From positions 1 to 12,349 of the forward strand of contig NW_021826805.1 of the NCBI RefSeq assembly GCF_006345805.1: 12,349 bases of DNA, read 5' to 3'. Shown here piece by piece: positions 7,907 to 12,349 of this stretch. The DNA comes from Octopus sinensis. Its lineage: Eukaryota. Below the pieces are notes generated by a model that saw only the letters and a program-made list of their open reading frames with translations, did no database searches and was not told the DNA's origin. Position numbers and translations under genes: made by a program. Within the stretch, counting starts at the first letter, position 1. Each line of letters begins with the position of its first letter.

Positions 7907-8060
7907 TACGACGGGTTTCTTTCAGTATCCGTCTACCAAATCCACTCACAAGGCTTTAGTCGGCCCGAGTCTATAGTAGAAGACACTTGCCCAAGGTACC
8001 ACGCAGTGGGACTGGACCTGGAACCACGTGGTTGGTAAGCAAGCTACTTACCACAACTAC
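7907..8060 (-). mobile_element. 5' (tRNA-head) half of the split SINE whose 3' half is at 3437-3648
   Basis: TACGACGGG...CCAAATCCACTCACAAGGC...GACACTTGCCCAAGG...GCTACTTACCAC matches the head halves of the intact copies. Confidence 0.85.
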
Positions 8061-8602
8061 CGTACAAATGGTATGAAACTACTGATGGGGTGGATAACGC
8101 ACAAAAATTCTACTGATTATGGTTGTGCACCTCATTATGGCATGAGATAAATAGCACGCAATATTCCCATCCTGTTGGATTACGTTATTTTAAGAAGGAA
8201 TTTTAATGCCTGCGAAGAAATAAACGCCAGACCAAAACTATTGGATATAAATGTAATGTTAAAATTAATTACTTCTTTCCACTTCTTCCATTTTTAAATC
8301 AAATTCCATTATCATATTGATACATTTATTTAGGAAGCGAGATTAAGCGAAAACAATCTTGTTTACCTCGAAGACCAGGGAACACTAGGAGGACAATAAT
8401 ATTGATTTTCATCTAACGTTGATCGCCACTGGCCATGCTAAGCTTTTGTTCGTGATAGATATGGTTACTGTCTCAATCGTTTGGAAATGCTGGAAATCTT
8501 AAAATGTACGGGTGATGTTATGAATAGATCAAATCAAATGCTAGCATTTTATCCGCAAAACTTTTTCAGATTTTAACGTCTTCCCTGGGTGCTGAGTGAT
8601 AT

Positions 8603-8810
8603 ATATGTAAAAATAATATGTGACAATTATTCGGTAGCCAAGATAAAACTCTGAATTTCGGGTGCCAAGTTGGAAATCCACACCACCATCTCTTCAGTTA
8701 TCTGGCCATCCGAAAAACGAAGAGATGGCGTCGTGGATTTCCACCTCGGCACCCGAAACTCAGAGTTTATCTTGGCTACCGAGTAATTGTCACATATTAT
8801 TTTTACAGAT
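8603..8810. mobile_element. ~205-bp imperfect palindrome (MITE/fold-back-like)
   Basis: Arm 8606-8681 is complementary to 8733-8807 with a few mismatches. Inner stem CCATCTCTTC (8686-8695) pairs with GAAGAGATGG (8719-8728) around a 23-nt loop. Confidence 0.75.
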
Positions 8811-8899
8811 AAATTCTTCTATTTACATAATATTGAGGTCTCTTCTTTCTTTTGTTATCTTACTGTTTTTAACTATATATATATATATATATATATATA

Positions 8900-9300
8900 C
8901 TCTTACTCTTTATCTTTTACTTGTTTCAGTCATTTGACTGCGGCCATGCTGGAGCACCACCTTTAATCGAGCAACTCGACACCGGGACTTATTCTTTGTA
9001 AGCCCAGTACTTATTCTATCGGTCTCTTTTGCCGAACCGCTAAGTAACGGGGACATAAACACACCAGCATCGGTTGTCAAGCAATGCTAGGGGGACACAC
9101 AGACACACAAACACACACACGCATATATATATACATATATACGACGGGCTTCTTTCAGTCTCTCTACCAAATCCACTCACAAGGCATTGGTCGGCCGAGG
9201 CTATAAGTAAGACACTTGCCCAAGGTGCCACGCCGTGGGACTGAACCCGGAACCATGTGGTTGGTAAACAAGCTACTTACCACACAGCCACTCCTGCGCC
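8900..9300 (-). mobile_element. Full-length tRNA-derived SINE with an internal (TA)(TG) microsatellite
   Basis: Minus-strand head GGCGCAGGAGTGGCTGTGTGGTAAG, B-box-like GGGTTCAGTCC, central CCTTGGGCAAGTGTCTT, tail (AAAGAGT)-like. Confidence 0.9.
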
Positions 9301-9310
9301 TATATATATA

Positions 9311-9882
9311 AATAGTTATCGCCATACTAATATGGCAGTCTATAAATAAGACTAAAGCTGTCGTTGATTAGCTCCAAGAGGCCATCGCCTCTAGCTAGCT
9401 ATATGACACACGAACCTGCGTCCATTACAACCTTCGATATTAGTATGGCGATAACTATTAATATCCAGTAACGCTGCCGTAATCTCCTTTAGAGAGACTT
9501 AGTAATTTTAATATTTCTATTACTGAAAACAAGTGGATGTATTCCACTGTAACTAGGTAAATAAAATCTTCGAACAGATGGTCAGTAGCGACACCTGCTG
9601 GTTCTGACTACGCTGCATTGATAAAGGGCAACAACCCTGAAACATGTCTGCAGATGTCTGACTAGCAAGGCGAAGCGGCTGACCTCCCTTGTTCGAAGGT
9701 TGTAATGGACGCAGGTTCGTGTTTCATATAGCTAGCTAGAGGCGATGGCCTCTTGGAGCTAATCAGCGACAGCTTTAGTCTTATTTATAGACTGCCATAT
9801 TAGTATGGTGATAACTATTAATATCCAGTAACGCTGCCGTAATCTCCTTTAGAGAGACTTAGTAATTTTAATATTTCTATTA
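9311..9882 (+). mobile_element. Candidate retrozyme family 2: 360-bp unit (9437-9796) plus partial second copy (9797-9882), preceded by an inverted 127-bp piece (9311-9437)
   Basis: 9437-9522 repeats at 9797-9882 (period 360). 9311-9437 is the reverse complement of 9693-9819. (TA)n lies on both sides and there is an internal HHR. Confidence 0.8.
9597..9666 (+). ncRNA. Type I hammerhead ribozyme, U3-A8 core variant (predicted cut after C9648, GUC)
   Basis: Stem I CTGCA 9613-9617 pairs with TGCAG 9649-9653. Core TTGATAA 9618-9624. Stem II AGGG-CAACAA-CCCT 9625-9638. GAA 9639-9641. Palindromic stem III ACATGT 9642-9647, then C17. Distal stem I: GAC/GTC and GCTGGTT 9597-9603 with GACTAGC 9660-9666. 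Confidence 0.75.
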
Positions 9883-10319
9883 TATATATATATATAACCC
9901 CACATTATATAAATTGTTATCGTACTGATTAGAGAAGGCTGATGCTTTGAGAGTTGCGAAAAATATTACGTACATTACAGATGTTGTGCACACTGCATTA
10001 CTTGACTGTGGTATATTTACGTCTTAACGAAACAACTGTAGCAGTACTAGATAACCCATTCATCTGATATTATTATTATGTTTTTACGCTGCAGTTTCTC
10101 TCCCATTCACTGCACACTTTTGGATATTAATGGAGTCGTGGATTACCAATCAACTGTGAACTACTTTCCATCGATGCGTTCCGTGCTGTGATAATGAATT
10201 ACGTAGCTGGCTGGCTTACGTCATTCTATGTGACCAATGTTTGTGGGCGTGCATCGCTTTGATGTTCCTTGATCCGTTAAGGATACATTGTAATCAAATG
10301 AATCAATCAATCTATCCAT

Positions 10320-10600
10320 CATACACAGACTCACTCAAACATGCACACACAAGGAGACAGAGGTACACACACACACATGCAAACACATACACACACACAC
10401 ACACACACGCACACGCACACGCACACAAACACACAAACACGAATACACAAGCACATGAATATGTAGAATACAAACGTAGAGATATACATACATATATATG
10501 CATGCGCTCGCACATACACACACACACACATCCATACACATACATACATATGTGTATTCACACACATACTGACCCACTGACCCACACACGTGCGCACGTA
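10320..10600. repeat. Degenerate (CA)n-rich simple repeat
   Basis: Seen directly; source of the C/V- and H/T-rich ORFs. Confidence 0.9.
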
Positions 10601-10674
10601 CAAACAAAAAGAACGCAGCTCGTATAATGGACAGTCAACAACTATGAAAAGGTTACAAGATGCAACAAAAAATT

Positions 10675-10695
10675 ATATATATGTATATATTATAT

Positions 10696-10752
<57 letters not shown>

Positions 10753-10800
10753 CTATGTATATATGTACTATTGTATATATATGTACTATTATATATATGT
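10675..10800. repeat. (TA)n-rich simple repeat
   Basis: Seen directly. Confidence 0.95.
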
Positions 10801-10992
10801 ACTATTGGCGATTTTTTTCCTCCGTCTTCAATTCTTTGGATCTTTCCTTTTCCTATGTTTTGACGAGGAGCTCCGCTCGAAACGTTAGATCCTCCTTCTT
10901 TCTTTCCTTTCTGAGCGTCCAATAACACTATACTTGTTCCACGTCCTCGCGTTGTTGTGTTTTCTCTTTGTGTTTTCATGTTTGGATTAACT
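10801..10992 (+). mobile_element. Short pyrimidine-rich element between TA runs carrying a degenerate minimal hammerhead (Penelope-like terminal repeat relic?)
   Basis: TTGACGA-G-GAGC-TCC-GCTC-GAAACGT-T at 10860-10886. Stem I is poorly preserved. Confidence 0.5.
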
Positions 10993-11156
10993 ATACATAT
11001 ATATAATATAATATTATTATATACATATCTATATATATACATATATACATATATACATATATACATATATATATACATATATATATATATAACATATATA
11101 CATATAACACTATATATAATACATATTATATACATATATATATACATATATATTAC

Positions 11157-11229
<73 letters not shown>
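10993..11229. repeat. (TA)n/(TACA)n microsatellite
   Basis: Seen directly. Confidence 0.95.
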
Positions 11230-11550
11230 GAAGGTGTGTAGCGTAGTGGTTAGGATGTTTAGCTCACGATCGTGGGATTGTGAGTTCGATTTCCGGCGGC
11301 GAGTTGTGTCCTTGAGCAAGACACTGTATTTGACGTTGCTCCAGTCTACCTTAGCTAGCGAAAATGAGTATCTGCAATTCAAAGAAGGCCAGCTTTGAAA
11401 CATTCTGTGAAATGCTCTACTTCCCTGAAAACTAAGTCAAGTGTACGCGTTTCTGCGGAGTTCTCAGCAACTTGCATGTTAACTTCACGAGGAGGTTGTT
11501 GATTGGGTCAACAGGAAGCCTCGTTGTCGTAAACGTCGCAGAGGCAGTCC
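11230..11550 (+). mobile_element. Diverged tRNA-derived SINE (third family)
   Basis: A-box-like TAGCGTAGTGG 11239-11249, B-box-like GAGTTCGATTT 11282-11292, central GTGTCCTTGAGCAAGACACT typical of conserved-domain SINEs. Confidence 0.7.
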
Positions 11551-11574
11551 ATATATATATATATATATATATAT

Positions 11575-11755
11575 AGGGTGAATTCACGAAAAAAAACAAA
11601 AGACAAAGACAGGTGGTGTACAAAACAAACAGATGTATTAGTATAACGCTCAGGAATAGAAAAAGTCTTTTACGTTTCGGGCCTACGCTCTACTACAGAA
11701 AAGGACACAGAATAAAACAAGGAGAGAAAAAATGTGTGTAGTGGCTGACGATATA
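11575..11755 (-). mobile_element. Short element with a very degenerate minimal hammerhead-like motif (Penelope-like relic?)
   Basis: Minus strand 11706-11665 reads GTCCTTTT-CTGTAGT-A-GAGC-GTAG-GCCC-GAAACGT-A-AAAGAC. Confidence 0.35.
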
Positions 11756-11776
11756 CATGCTTCACATTACATACAT

Positions 11777-12180
11777 CTTCTTTTACTTGTTCCAGACATT
11801 TAACTGCGGCTATGCTGGAGCACCGCCTTTAGTCGAGCAAATCAACCCCGGGACTTATTCTTTGTAAGCCCAGTACTTATTCTATCGGTCACTTTTTGAC
11901 GAACCGCTAAGTGACGGAGACGTAAACACACCAGCATCGGTTGTCAAGCAATTCTAGGGGGACAAACACAGGCACACAAACACACACACATACATATATA
12001 TATATATACATATATACGACAGGCTTCTTTCAGTTTCCGTCTACCAAATCCACTCACAAGGCATTGGTCGGCCCGAGGCTATAAGTAGAAGACACTTGCC
12101 CAAGATGCCACGCAGTGGGACTGAACCCGGAACCATGTGGTTGGTTAGCAAGCTACTTACCACACAGCCACTCCTGCGCC
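11777..12180 (-). mobile_element. Full-length tRNA-derived SINE (same family as 8900-9300)
   Basis: Same head, A/B boxes, internal microsatellite and tail as 8900-9300. Confidence 0.9.
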
Positions 12181-12183
12181 TAT

Positions 12184-12222
<39 letters not shown>

Positions 12223-12349
12223 CATATATATTTATACATGCACACACATATATTTATATGTGTAATGTGAAGCATGCAGGGTGGTTCGTGTTCTTCTAAA
12301 ATATTGTGATCAAAATCGGCAGAATATAAAGTGCAGAGTTTGAGATAGT

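Noticed and set aside
7907-8060. Split SINE head as the Pol III promoter driving the array
   Set aside because: Its A box is degraded, and minus-strand T-runs (plus-strand A-runs near 7800 and 7667) would terminate Pol III before it reached the array.
8333-8566. Possible exon(s): TTTATTTAG|GAAGCG... and short open frames
   Set aside because: The peptides (EARLSENNLVYLEDQGTLGGQ*, RDRYGYCLNRLEML...) are short and unrecognised, and there is no convincing donor.
9696-9770. Antisense hammerhead in the 360-bp unit (minus CTGATTA...GAAAC...GTC)
   Set aside because: G8 is U without compensation at position 3, extra TATAT precedes GAAA, the stem III register is off and no stem I forms.
9925-9965. 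CTGATTA / CTGATGC ... GAAA as a hammerhead
   Set aside because: The core mismatches and no supporting stems I-III form.
3-12299. Most ORFs in the supplied track (YIYI-, HTHT-, CVCV-rich and SINE-overlapping ORFs)
   Set aside because: They are translations of microsatellites, SINEs or the palindrome. Only the RLE part of 1440..1922 and the LINE-like part of 2242..2517 resemble real proteins, and both are transposon relics.

Overview
This is repeat-dense, AT-rich metazoan DNA. The SINE families look like those of octopus/cephalopods (inferred from recognition, not from a search). No intact protein-coding gene is supported. The main signal is two unrelated hammerhead-ribozyme (HHR) tandem repeat families with the hallmarks of non-LTR retrozymes (small non-autonomous retroelements with a circular RNA stage). 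(1) At 3762-7488 a ~480-bp unit occurs as 6.4 head-to-tail copies plus 1.4 inverted copies. Each unit carries a type I HHR (CUGAUGA...GAAA, AUA cleavage triplet) and folds into a nested rod-like structure. (2) At 9311-9882 a 360-bp unit occurs as 1.24 copies plus a 127-bp inverted piece. It carries a type I HHR with the compensatory U3-A8 core variant and a palindromic ACAUGU stem III. Both insertions sit in (TA)n microsatellites and have an inverted segment at the 5' end of the ribozyme-sense strand, joined by 1-2 nt of microhomology. The larger array lies inside the internal microsatellite of a split SINE. The window also holds two degenerate Penelope-type minimal HHR relics, several tRNA-derived SINEs, two LINE 3' fragments (one restriction-like endonuclease domain), a Helentron/HINE-like element, a ~205-bp palindrome, a CpG-rich promoter-like patch with opposing splice donors, and many microsatellites. 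All RNA structures were paired by eye and still need computational and experimental confirmation.
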